A program made the position numbers and the translations under genes. Below the pieces are notes generated by a model that searched no databases, was not told where the DNA came from, and worked only from the letters and a program-made list of their open reading frames with translations. A stretch of 64,000 nucleotides of DNA from Camelus dromedarius (Eukaryota), in NCBI RefSeq assembly GCF_036321535.1, contig NC_087437.1, positions 82,524,001-82,588,000 on the forward strand. The letters are read 5' to 3'. The stretch's first letter is position 1; every line of letters starts with the position of its first letter. Positions 51,405-62,860 of this stretch are shown in pieces.

Positions 51405-52860
51405 AGTTGATTGCTCAATCTAATGGAACTATGCTCAGTCCCTATCATACTTGACCTGATTAATAGGTCCCTGTTGCTCAGTTTAATGGAACTATGTCAT
51501 CCCTACCATATTTGACCTATTTAATAACCTCTGTCAACACAGTTGTTTATTACCTAAGTCCTGATACACTCCCTTTCCTGAGCTTCAGAACCACCATTTT
51601 TATTCTTCCTCTTTTTCCTTTACTGGCTGCTCCTTTGCTAGATCTTCCCCTTCTTACTAGCCACAAGGACTTGAATGCCTCAGGGCTCAGTTTTCCTCTC
51701 TTTCTTTATTACATTCACTGTATTTTCACCCAAATGTTATCCTTCAGTTTCATGGTATTGAATACATCAATGTCGCCTAAATTTGTATTTACCTTACTCC
51801 AGACTCTTAATATCCAGCTGACTCTTTGAAAGATCCCTTTAAATGGCTAATATACATCTCAAACTTATCATCTCTAAATTGGAACTTGTGATCTTCCCTA
51901 ATACCCTTCCCCAAATCTGTCCCTTTCCACATCTTCCTTACCTCAATAAACACCACTTTATCCTTCTACTTAGGAAAGGCAAAAATCTTAGTGTCGTCCT
52001 TGACTCTCTTCTCTCTCCTGTGCCTCACATTCAGTCTATCAGCAAATTCTGCCAGTGCTTCCCTTTGATTCCTCCCACCCTGGTTTAATCCTTCAGTGCT
52101 ACTCACTTGTATTCATATGGGTTCACTTATCCCCATACTTGCTTCATTACTGGTTTGACCCAGAGTGTATTAGTGATACTTTTTAACAGCTAAGTCAGAT
52201 CATGTTTTCCTCTGTTCAGACCTTACTGATGGCTTCTCCGCATGAAATCCAAACCCCTCATCATTACCATTACCATCCAAGCCCAACACAATCTGGCTCT
52301 CTACTGTCTCTCAGCCCATCTCCAATTACATCTTCCTCTCATCTCTCCTCTCCCTCCCAGCTGCTGAGCTTCATCCTTCTGCTCCAGGTGGACTTGCCTT
52401 CTTGCAATTTTTGCAAGATCAAAGATGATTCACAGAAGAAAATGGTTCCATCAAGATGGTTCCACATTAAGACCTTTGCACTTGGGGCTCCCTGCACTGG
52501 AATGTTCCGCTACCAGATAGCCACACGGCTCACATTCTCATTTCCTTCAGGTCTCTTTTCAAATGTTACCTTATCATAAAGGCAACCTTTTCTACCCTAT
52601 TTGAAAGTAACACAAACCCCTGCTATCCCTTTCATTATTTCCCCCTTAGTTTGCTTCATTTTTTTTCATTGAAATTATCATCACATGGGCACTGATTTTT
52701 TTTTTCAATTTGTTTCCTGTCTCCCCTCACTGGGAAACAAAAATAAACAATATGACACTATGAGATCAGAAGCCGGATTTGTTTGGCATTGCTCTAACCC
52801 CAGTGTTAAAACAACCTGGCACATCCCTGATTCTCAAAAAAATATTTGATGTGTTGAATT
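51405..52860 (+). mobile_element. L2a, about 1.4 kb 3' portion
   Basis: CATCTCAAACTTATCATCTCTAAATTGGAACT; AAAATCTTAGTGTCGTCCTTGACTC; AAGTCAGATCATGT; GACCTTTGCACTTGG; CCTGGCACA..CTCAAAAAAATATTTG. Confidence 0.85.
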
Positions 52861-53034
52861 GTAATGGGCCACATATAAAATGTATGTTTATTTAAGAAAT
52901 TTCAAATTATAAAAAACATGAAATCTTAAATTCTAAGTGAGTTATTAATTAAGCAAACTGTAAAGGTTAATAATTCATATATTGAATAATTTATAACTTT
53001 AGAGTAAAAAAAATACTGATATCAGTTTCCCTCA

Positions 53035-53240
53035 TGGAAAGATGAGGGTTCAAATTTTGATTCTACCACTTAACAGCTAATTAACACCTTTGGAAAGTTA
53101 CTTATTTTCTTAGAGCCTCAATTTTCTAATGCATTAAAACAGATGAGAACATTGATCTTGGTTGTGAAGATTATTCATATGTATTAAAAAATGGCATGGA
53201 ACAGATGTTATTAGCAAGCAGTGGTAGTAGTGATAGTTAT
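53035..53240 (+). mobile_element. MIR SINE
   Basis: GGGTTCAAATTTTGATTCTACCACTTAACAGCT...AAGTTACTTATTTTCTTAGAGCCTCAATTTTC. Confidence 0.75.
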
Positions 53241-54335
53241 AGTTTCTGCCTAAGTCACAGAGTGAGCAAGTGCTTCTTCTCTAGAAATTAAGCATTTCAA
53301 GAGTTTCATCAAGACATTTAAATGGGCTTCCCCAGAATCCCTGCCTGGACTGAGACCTAAAACAAAGAAAGATGGTGAGGGATGCAGCATGTCTCTGAGA
53401 CCACTGAGGCCTCCACAATCCCGGAACTCTTTGTAGACATGGACTTTATTCCAGGGAAGCCTAGGAGTCCCACTCTGAACCACTCCTGTGAAGAGAAGAC
53501 CCAAGAGACCAGCTCACTCCCGCAGTAATGCGAGTTCGCTGAGATGGACTTGGAAATCTACCACACAGAGGACCTAAATCTGGTCCTGGGGGAAAACAAG
53601 GACCCAGTCCTCCAGTGCCTCTCTGGAGTGTACTCAGTGGACATTAACTGACTGATCGAGTAAATGAAATATAGCATCTGTATGAAATATGAAATAGTAT
53701 CTCTGCCACACGTGCCCAGAGTAGTCAGGAAATATTCCCTTCCAATAAATGTACAAAAGCCAGAGATGCACACTTCTTAAAGTTGTGCTTAAAATTAGTT
53801 ATTCCTTTATTTCATTTATCATCATTGCTTCCCATCTCAGTCCCTCTTTCTCCTTTAAATTCCCACTCCACCAATAAAAAGCAGAAAGCCACAGCCCAGT
53901 GCATCACCAATGTACACCTTTCAGAATGTGTGTTTTTCCCTTGTTAGATAGGTAGGTAATATATTAAGTGAAGTAAAATGGAGATCCTTAGCTGATAGTC
54001 AAAAAGAAAATGTTCCTCACTTCTCTTGACCTTTTCTTTTCCCTAGAACAAAGTACCAGCCTTAGTCAATAAGTGTTGATCTGTTCTAAGGGGAAGGCCA
54101 GAGAAGTTCCAAGGTAACCATATAAAACTAAAGCTGTTCAGGGAAAGAGGGTAGAGACATAGGTGTTGTGGTTTGATTTGATTTTAGATGGGGCTTGGGT
54201 GTATTGATGGGAGACCATTCAGTGAGCCGAGCTCAAGGAACCATTTCATCGAGTATAAATAACCCTGGCAAGGGTCATAAAAACTCCCTGGAAGGGCTTA
54301 CCACTGCTGCCTGCCACCCCAAAGCCAAATTCTTT

Positions 54336-54338
<3 letters not shown>

Positions 54339-54378
<40 letters not shown>
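54339..54378. repeat. (CA)20 microsatellite
   Basis: Directly visible. Confidence 0.95.
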
Positions 54379-54383
<5 letters not shown>

Positions 54384-55284
54384 TGATTATAGAGTTATGA
54401 CTTACACAGCAATGCTTCAGCCAGTCCTTTTACCTCCCTGAGCCAGTCACTGGAGGGCCAAAAATGTTCCGACTGCAAGGCGATGTGTAATACTGCTTTA
54501 GGCTTCACAGGACTGCCCAGGATCACCCTTGTCCAGGAGCCAGACCAAACTTCACCTGGCCAGCATCTCACAAGAATTAATGGTTTTTAAGAGAAGGTCA
54601 CTGGCAGGCCCTTAGGAAATGAGATCCCAAGACCTGGAACTAATTGTCCAACAGAAGAGATTTCACATAGGGAACGAGGTACTTCCTTGTCTGGCTAGTA
54701 GAGCATGTGGAGGGAACAGAGCCCAGGAATGCTCAAATGTTTTTGAAAGTCCTTTATGTGGTTTGAGTTAGGTGAAAGGGTTTTTTGTCTCTGATCACTT
54801 AGGATTAAGTAAATTTCTACATAAATTTCGTTACCTTTTTTTTCTTCAAAGAGGTTTTGTATGTTTACTGGAACTCTGTACCAAGAGAAAAATAAAAGAA
54901 GTGCATATGGAAAATTCACTGCAAGTTTTTGGTTAAAAAGGGTAGAAGGGGCCTCTTTCACTAGTGGATACGGTAAGTATTTGTTCTCTTGGTCATACTG
55001 GTGCCTATTAGGTACCTAAGTGACAAATAGAAACTTGTTTTTTCAATTCGGATATCAGAGTTACTAATTGGAATGCAAGCTCCTTGGAAACAGGACATTC
55101 ATCTTCTGGCTTTCTGTAACTCATACATTGCTTGTCACAGTGCATGGATGTCCTAGACACCCAGCATATCTGCCATGAAATAGACTGTTTGGTAGATACA
55201 TTGTACAAATCAACAAACACAGAATGTTAAGTTCTCTTGACATGCCAGTACACAAAAAGAAGGAACAGTCCTCTTCGTTCATAT

Positions 55285-55530
55285 TTTTCCCTTCAACACC
55301 GGTGTCTAGAGTGCCTTCTTCATGCCAGGCATTGTGGTTGGGGTAGGGGCTCGGATATAAGCAAGGATGACACATATTTTTGCCTTGAAGAGTACAGAGT
55401 CTGACATGGGAAGGGGGACAGTGAAGTGGATCAGTAATTTCACCTAAAATTATAATTCAGTATAAGAAGGACTAGCTGAGAGATACCAAGAAAATGCTGA
55501 GGACTTCATAAAGCTTTTTCTTGAAAAAAA
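55285..55530 (-). mobile_element. L2 3' fragment
   Basis: ATGCCAGGCATTGTGGTTGGGG...TTGCCTTGAAGAGTACAGAGTCTGA. Confidence 0.55.
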
Positions 55531-56743
55531 CCAGAAAATCTTCATAAACAGGTTACCTTAGCTCTTAAGAGTATTGAAAGTGGATGCATACTTTTTACTT
55601 GGCAAGCACCCTTTTAGCTACTGTTTCTTTTCCCCCCAATTTTATCCCCTATTTTCTTTTTGAAAGTGGCAAAAGAGAACAAGGAAAGGCCACATGCTGC
55701 ATCACACTTAAGAATTTGTCATGATCTGTCTGCAGACTACCAAATATCAAATAGCCCAGGATACTCCCATTTTCTGAGACTTCCAATATATTTAAAAAAT
55801 GAAAATACTGAAACATTGTTCTCAAAATTATAGAATATTTAAAAATATTTAATCTTTTAATGCAAAAGTGCTATGTAGTGTAATTGCAATACTCATACGA
55901 AAATTATGTTATGGTAAATATTTATCCATAGTATGCTCCAGGAAATAAGTCTCAGTAATGAGCACAAGTCCCACGTTGAACGATGAGTGTATTTATAAGT
56001 TCATTTGAAGATTACCTAAAAGTTTAAATCTCAAATACCTTTATGAATCTGAGGCCTGGGTCCCATCCCTTGGTCCATTATTATGATAATTCCAAGATTT
56101 ACAGAGGAGACCTAGTGAGCAGTCTGAAGAAAATTACCTTAAGGCAAGGATTCAAGTATAATAAATATGATGCAAAAAAATCAATATAAAACTGAAACTG
56201 AAATTTACAAAGCCTTGGGTATTCAGTGTTACCAGTTGGTGACTTATATCAAGAATGTGGTATCAAAGTAGAGGAGGCATGCTGAGGAGAACATACTGGA
56301 TTAGTATATAGTATAATAGATTGATAGTATATCAGCTCCTTAACACTAGCAAAGAGAATTCAGGTGCACATAAATAATACACACAGTATCAGCAATTTGT
56401 ATACAGTGTCATATTTATATACTCAGATTGTTTAAACAATAGGGAAAGGATGGAGAATAAATGGCATGGTATGTACTATTCCTGGTGATCCTACAAGGCT
56501 CCTAATGATCTTTCTCCAGGAGCTAGAACAGACATCAAATCTGACTGCCACAAGGCGTAACGTTGACTCTAAAGGAAAAGATATGTATCACTAAACTTGT
56601 TTTTCACTTAAGATAGAGTCTTTACAAATCCTTGCTGTTCTTGGGATAAACCATATGGTCTTTCAGAAGCATATTTGACTTTAAAAAAAAATCACTCTCT
56701 TACTTTTTCTTGGTCAATTCACCAGTCTTTCGTAACAAGAACA

Positions 56744-57268
56744 CGTATTGGGTTTTATTTCTGTGTAAAAAATTACCCCAAAACTTAGTGGTTTAAAATA
56801 ATGCATATTTACCATGTCAGTTTCTGGAGACCAGGACTCCAGGCATGGTTGAACTGGGTGCCTCTGGCCCAGGGCTTTTCACGAGGCTGCAACCAAGGTG
56901 TTAGCAGCAGCTGCCATCATTTTGGGGCTCCACTGGGGGAGGATCCATTTCCAGTCTCACTCACATGGCTGTGTTGGCAGGCGTCAGGTGCTCACTAACT
57001 GTTGGCTACAGATATTGCCACACAGACTCCTCCTTTGGACACCTCACAATATGACAGTTGGCATCTTTGAGAGAGAGTTGGAGGGGGTGAGTGTGTGCCC
57101 AAGAATGAAGTCACAGTCTTTCACTGTCACCTAATCATTCATCACTATTGCAATATTCTATTTGTTAGACATGGTAGCCAGCCTGCCCTCAAGGAGAGGG
57201 GATTATACAAGGTCATGAATACCAGTAGGTGAGGATCTTTGGGGACCTTCTTAAAGGCTGCCCAGCTA
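56744..57268 (-). mobile_element. MLT1F-like MaLR solo LTR
   Basis: AAATTACCCCAAAACTTAGTGGTTTAAAA; GGATCCATTTCCAGTCTCACTCACATGGCTG; CTCAAGGAGAGGGGATTATACAAGG..GAATACCAG. Confidence 0.85.
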
Positions 57269-58289
57269 TTAAAAAGAGGTAGAAGTAAAATATAAATGAT
57301 ATTCTAACTCATTAGATGAACACACAAACAGACCTTGTGAATCTCTACGTAACTCTCCATCTGGATGGACTGTTCCCCACTCCCTCCAAGTGATGTGAAC
57401 TGTTGACATACATGGTAGTTTGAAGAGGAAGCTGGTTTCTCCATCATGACATCTGCAAAAGTTGGGACCTTTCAAGTCAAATCCATGTACTAACACACTG
57501 ACCTAAGGACGCTTGTGTACAAACAAATTATACTTCTAAATGCAATTACAGTAAAGTAAAAAAGTGCTAGATCTGTGCTTCTGATGTTTACACTATTCTC
57601 TAAAGACTATTAAATGAACTGCTGAGGAATGTGCACCATGGTGAAAAGAAAACTTGATTTTTTGCAGTTCTTGGCCTCCCTGTATTTATGTCTGGAACCT
57701 AAACACCGAGTAATTTTAACTTATTGCTCTTTATTTCCTCTTTAATAAACACAGAGGGACGTAAAAAGGAAGAAAGTATTTTCTCAGTTCCATCATGTTT
57801 CCCTATTCATGCCCCCTCTATTTCTCCTCCCTGTCTGCTGATCCATTCACCTCAGTGAAGTTCAAAGAAATTGAGGTTCTATTGTTCCATTTGAGTCAGT
57901 TTTACAAAAATGACCTTGCTTTCTGTGCAAGATTGTTTTCAATGGTAACAATGATTTTATTAATAAGTAATAAATTCCTTAGTGATAACTTGACACCTGT
58001 GAAGTTTCGACTTTTAAACTCTCCCTCTAAGCAATGCACCAAAAGGAATTTCAGATCCTTTAACAATAGTAAAAAATACTTTTTCACCTGTTTCTAACTC
58101 AAACATGGTTTAACACATTTGCATCATTTTTTTCCAAAAGAAATACACTTTTGGATACAACTCAAAAGTACAGTTTCTGCCAAAAGGATAGTTTTCCACA
58201 GTATTTTGCACAAATTAAAATAGGATCTGAATGGTCTTGAGTGCATCTTAAGTAGTCTACACTTCTATATTTTCTAATTCCAAATTTTA

Positions 58290-59200
58290 AGTTTTATTTG
58301 GATCCTAGACACATCTGATGGATACTCCACAAGTATCTCAAAACCAAGATACTTCAAAATGAACTCATCCTTTTTCCTCAAAATATCAACTCATAGAGCT
58401 GTATGGATTATTAGCAGTTACTTCATAATCTCAACTGTCTTAATTTAGAGGAGAAGTTCAAGAAGACGCAGAGAATTTCAATGACTTGCTCAGTATATCT
58501 GGGATTAAAGACCAGCTAGGGTCTCCTGCTTCCTGCTCCTTTATTCTTTTAATTCTTCTGTTTTTACTAGTAGCGCTATTGAAAGCTCCTACTTGCCTCA
58601 ATCCATCAAAGTAAAATTTAGTTCCGCCTCTTTACATATGAACTCACTTGCCAAGTCTTGCTACTCACATCTGGGTGTTGCTTTTATTCCTCTGTCACCA
58701 TATTACTTGAGACTTTATATCTTACCTGGCACTGTTGAAACAGTCTCCTAATTAGTTACCTTGATTTCGATTCTTTACCCACCTGAATGACAATTAGAGT
58801 GATGTCTTCCCCACAGTTTTGATCATGGCATGGAAGATTTCCAAAACCTTGAGTGTCTTCCCATTGTCAACTCAGGATAACACAGTCTCTACCTCCTAGC
58901 ATTCTGGACTCTTCATAGTCTAGCTCCTCAGAACATTCTCAGCCCTATCCCCTGTAGTTCAGTAGCACACGCTTCTCTGGCCAAACTGGTACATTCTGTT
59001 TACAGAAATTACTTCATACTCCTTCATCTGTGTTCAAACCATTTCTTTTGCCTTAAATAACACCTCTTTTTAATGTGGTGAAATCCTGCCCATCAACCCA
59101 ACTAATGTGAGAATTGCTTTATCTGAAACTCATGGCACTGTTTCTCCCTTATTTGTTGCTCTTGGTATGTTCTTTCTAGCTTTAGAGTTCTATAACTGTA
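58290..59200 (+). mobile_element. L2 fragments, with a probable MIR piece near 58400-58530
   Basis: TATCTCAAAACC..AAATGAACTCATC; CAGTCTCCTAATTAG; TTTTGATCATGG; GCCAAACTGGT. Confidence 0.55.
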
Positions 59201-60751
59201 CATTTATTTATTTATTTATTCATTTATTTGTTTATCCATTGAAGTATATTTGATTTACAATATTATATTAGTTTCAGGTGTACAGCATAGTGATTCAATA
59301 TTTTTATATGTTATACTCCATTTAAAGTTATTAAAAAATAATGGCTAGGTTTCCCTATGCTGTATATTGGATATATATGCCAATATATCCTTGTTACTTA
59401 TTTATTTGATATATAGTAGTTTGTATCTCTTAGTCCCCTACCCTTATCTTGCCCCTCTCAACTTCCATTTCCTCACTGGTAACCATTAGTTTGTTCTCTA
59501 TATCTGTCTGTTTCTATTTTGTTATATTCATGCGTTTGTTTTGTTTTTTTAGATTCCACATATAAGTGATAACATAGAGTATTCGTCTTTCTTTGACTTA
59601 TTTCAATAAACATAATACCCTTTACGTCCATCCATGTTGCAAATAGCAGAATTTGTTCTTTTTTATAGCTGAGTAATATTCCATTGTGTATTTGTGCATG
59701 TGTGTGTGTATACATCTTCTTTATGTATATAACATCTTCTTTACCTGTTCATCTGTTGATAGACACTTAGGTTGCTTCCATATCTTGGCAATTGTAAATA
59801 ATGCTGCTATGAACATTGAAGTGCTTGTATCTTTTTGAATTCATATTTTCATTTTTTTCCAAATATATTCCCAGGAGTGGAATTGCTGAATCATATGGTA
59901 GTTCTATTTTTAACTTTTTGAGAGCCCTCCATACTGTTTTGTCTAGTGAATACATCAATTTACCTTCCCAATAACAGTGTGTAAGAATCTGCTTTTCTCC
60001 ACATCCTTGCCAACATTTGCTATTTGTAGACTTTTTGATGATAGCCATTTTTGCAGGTGTGAGATATCTCATGGTGGTTTTGATTTACATTTTTCTGATG
60101 ATTTGCAATGTTGAGCTTCTTTTCATGTGCCTGTTGGCCATCTGTATACCTTCTTTGGAAAAATGTCTATTCAGGTCTACTGCCCATTGTTTAATCAGGT
60201 TGCTCATTTTTTTTTTATCTTGACTAGTATGAGATATGTATATATTTTGGATATTAACCCCTTATCAGTCATATCATTTGCATATATTTTCCCCCATTCA
60301 GTAGGTTGTCTACATTTTGTCATTGGTTTCCTTTTCTGTGTAAGTGCTTAAGTTTAATTAGGTCCCTTTTGTTTATTTTTGCTTTTGTTTCTTTTGCATT
60401 AGAAGACAGCTTCAAAAAATATTGCTGTAATTTATGTCAAAGAGTGTACTGCCCATATTCTCTTACAGGTGTTTTATGGCTGCAGGTCTAATCCATTTTG
60501 AGTTTACTTTGGTATATGGCATGAAATTAGAGGAAATATTCTAATTTCTTTTTTTTTTTTTTTATGTGTAGCTGTCCAGTTTTCCCAGCACCACTTAATG
60601 CACCACTTAATGAAGAGACTGTCTTTTCTCCGTTATCTCTTCTTGCCTTCTTTGTCATAGATTAATCGACTATAGGTGCATGGGTTTATTTCTAGGCTCA
60701 CTTTTCTGTTCTTTTGATCTATGTGTCTGGTTTTGTACCAGTACCATGCTG

Positions 60752-62156
60752 GTTTTTATTTTTTCGGGGGGTTCTTTTTTCTTTCTTTTTTTAAACTGAA
60801 GTATAGTTAGTTTACAGTGCATCAATTTCTGATGTACAGCATAATGTTTCGGTCATACATATACATATGTATTTTCATATTCTTTTTCATTATACATTAC
60901 GATAAGATATTGAATATAGTTCCCTGGGCTATACAGCAGAACTTTGTTGTTTATCTATTTTATATATATTAGTTAATATTTTCACAATCTTGAACTCTCA
61001 ATTTATCCCTTCCCACCCACTTCCTCCCAGTAACCATAAGTTTGTTTCCTATGTCTGTGAGTCTGTTTCTGTTTTGTAAATAAGTTTATTTGTGTCTTCT
61101 TCTTTTTTTTTTTTAAGATTCCACATAAGAATGATATCATATGGTATTTTTCTTTCTCTTTCTGGCTTACGTCACTTAGAATGGCAATATCCAGATCCAT
61201 CCATGTTGCTGCAAATGGCATTATTTTATTATTTTTTATAGCTGAGTAGTATTCCATTGTATAAATATGCCATAACTTCTTTATCCAGTCATCTGTCAAT
61301 GGGCATTTAGGTTGTTCCCATGTCTTGGGTATTGGATATAGTACTGCTATGAACAATGAGGTGCATGTATCTTTTCAAATTAGAGTTCCCTCCAGATATA
61401 TGCCCAGGAGTGGGATTGCTGGATCATATGGTAAGTCTATTTTTACTTTTTGAGGAATCTCTATGCTGTTTTCCATAGTGGCTGCAAGAAATTACATTCC
61501 CACCAACAGTGTAGAAGGGTTCCCTTTTCTCCACACCCTCTCCAGCATTTATTGTTTGTGAACTTTTTAATGATGGCCATTCTGACGAATGTGAGGTGAT
61601 ACCTCATTGTAGTTTTGATTTGCATTTCTCTGACAATTAGCAATATTGAGCATTTCTTTATGTGCCTATTGGCCATTTTTATGTCTTCATTGGAGAATTG
61701 CTTGTTTAGATCTTCTGCCCATTTTTGTATTGGGTTGTTTGTTTTCTTGTTAAGTTGTATGAGCTGTTTATATATTCTGGAATTTAAACCTTTGTCAGTC
61801 ACATCATATGCAAATATTTTTCCCATTCTTTAGATTGTTATTTTGTTTTACTTATGATTTCCTTTGTTGTGCAAAAGCTTCTAAGTTTAATTAGGTCTCA
61901 TTTGTTAATTTTTGCTTTTATTTCTATGGCCAGGTTAGAATGCCCTAGGAGAACATTGCTAAGATTTATGTCAGAGAATGTTTTGCCTGTGATTTCTTCT
62001 AGGAGGTTTATCATGTCATGTCTTATATTTAAGTCTTTAAGCCATTTTGAGTTTATTTTTGTGTAAGGTGTGAGGGAATGTTCTAACTTCATTGATTTAC
62101 ATGCGGTTATCCAGTTTTCCCAGCACCACTTGCTGAAGAGATTGTTTTTCTCCATT
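60752..62156 (-). mobile_element. Young lineage-specific L1, 5'-truncated, nested
   Basis: T-rich tail, CTGAAGTATAGTTAGTTTACAG 3' UTR; ORF2 pieces 61003..61356, 61461..61826 and 61898..62155. Confidence 0.93.
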
Positions 62157-62309
62157 GTTTTGTTTTTGTTTTTTCAAACACCTTTATAGTGGTATGATTC
62201 CTGTACGCATATTTCAGATGCACAATTTGATGAATTTTATTAAATGTATACACCAGTGAAACCACCACCACAATCAAGACAGCTAATATTTCCATTATTC
62301 CCCAAGAGG
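62157..62309 (-). mobile_element. Ancient L1MB/L1MC-type 3' end with a (TTTTTG)n tail
   Basis: GCATATTTCAGATGCACAATTTGATGAATTTTATTAAATGTATACACCAGTGAAACCACCACCACAATCAAGA matches the recalled L1MB7/L1MC 3' terminus. Confidence 0.75.
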
Positions 62310-62528
62310 TGCAAATTTCTAATTCCCAGTTTATCCCTTACTACCCACTTTACCCCCTGGTAACCATTAGTTTATTCTCTATGTCTGTGAGTCTGTTTCT
62401 GTTTTGTAGATAAGTTCATTTGTGTCCTCTTTCAGATTCCACATATAAGTGATATCATATGATATTTTTCTTTCTCTTTCTGCATTACTTCATTTAGAAT
62501 GGGAATCTCCAGGTCCATCCATGTTGCT
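62310..62528 (-). mobile_element. Young L1 3' UTR/ORF2-end fragment lacking its normal 3' terminus
   Basis: Aligns by eye to 13816-14045 and 22557-22775 (TGCAAAT...TTTATCCCTT...AGATTCCACAT...CCATGTTGC). Confidence 0.85.
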
Positions 62529-62860
62529 TTCTCTGTTTTGTTTTGATTACTGTAGCTTTGTAGTATAATCTGAAGTCAGATAGCTTGATACCTCTAACTT
62601 TAGTTTTGTTTTGGTTTTTTTCCCCTCAAGATTGCTTTAGCAATTCAGAGTCTTTTGTGGTTACATATAAATATTAGGATTACTTGTTCTAATTCTGTAA
62701 AAAAAAATGTCATGGGTATTTTGATAGAGATTGCATTAAATCTGTAGATTGCCTTGGATACTATGGGCATTTTAACAATATTTCTTCCAGTCAATTAACA
62801 TGGCATATCTTTTCATTTCTTTGTGTCATCTTCACCTTGCTTCCTCAGTGTTATAGTCTT

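Larger units (their letters stand above)
59203..62860 (-). mobile_element. Cetartiodactyl-type L1 with a (TTTA)n tail, interrupted at about 60752-62533 by younger inserts
   Basis: Same 3' UTR type as the element at 16262; ORF2 remnants in 59767..60072; the sequence breaks at GTACCATGCTG and resumes at TTTTGATTACTGTAGC. Confidence 0.9.

Noticed and set aside
54250..54262. TATAAA box as a promoter
   Set aside because: An isolated hexamer without a CpG island or other supporting evidence.
60589..60612. 12-bp direct repeat CACCACTTAATG x2 as a possible TSD
   Set aside because: The copies are adjacent with no insert, so this is a simple micro-duplication in L1.
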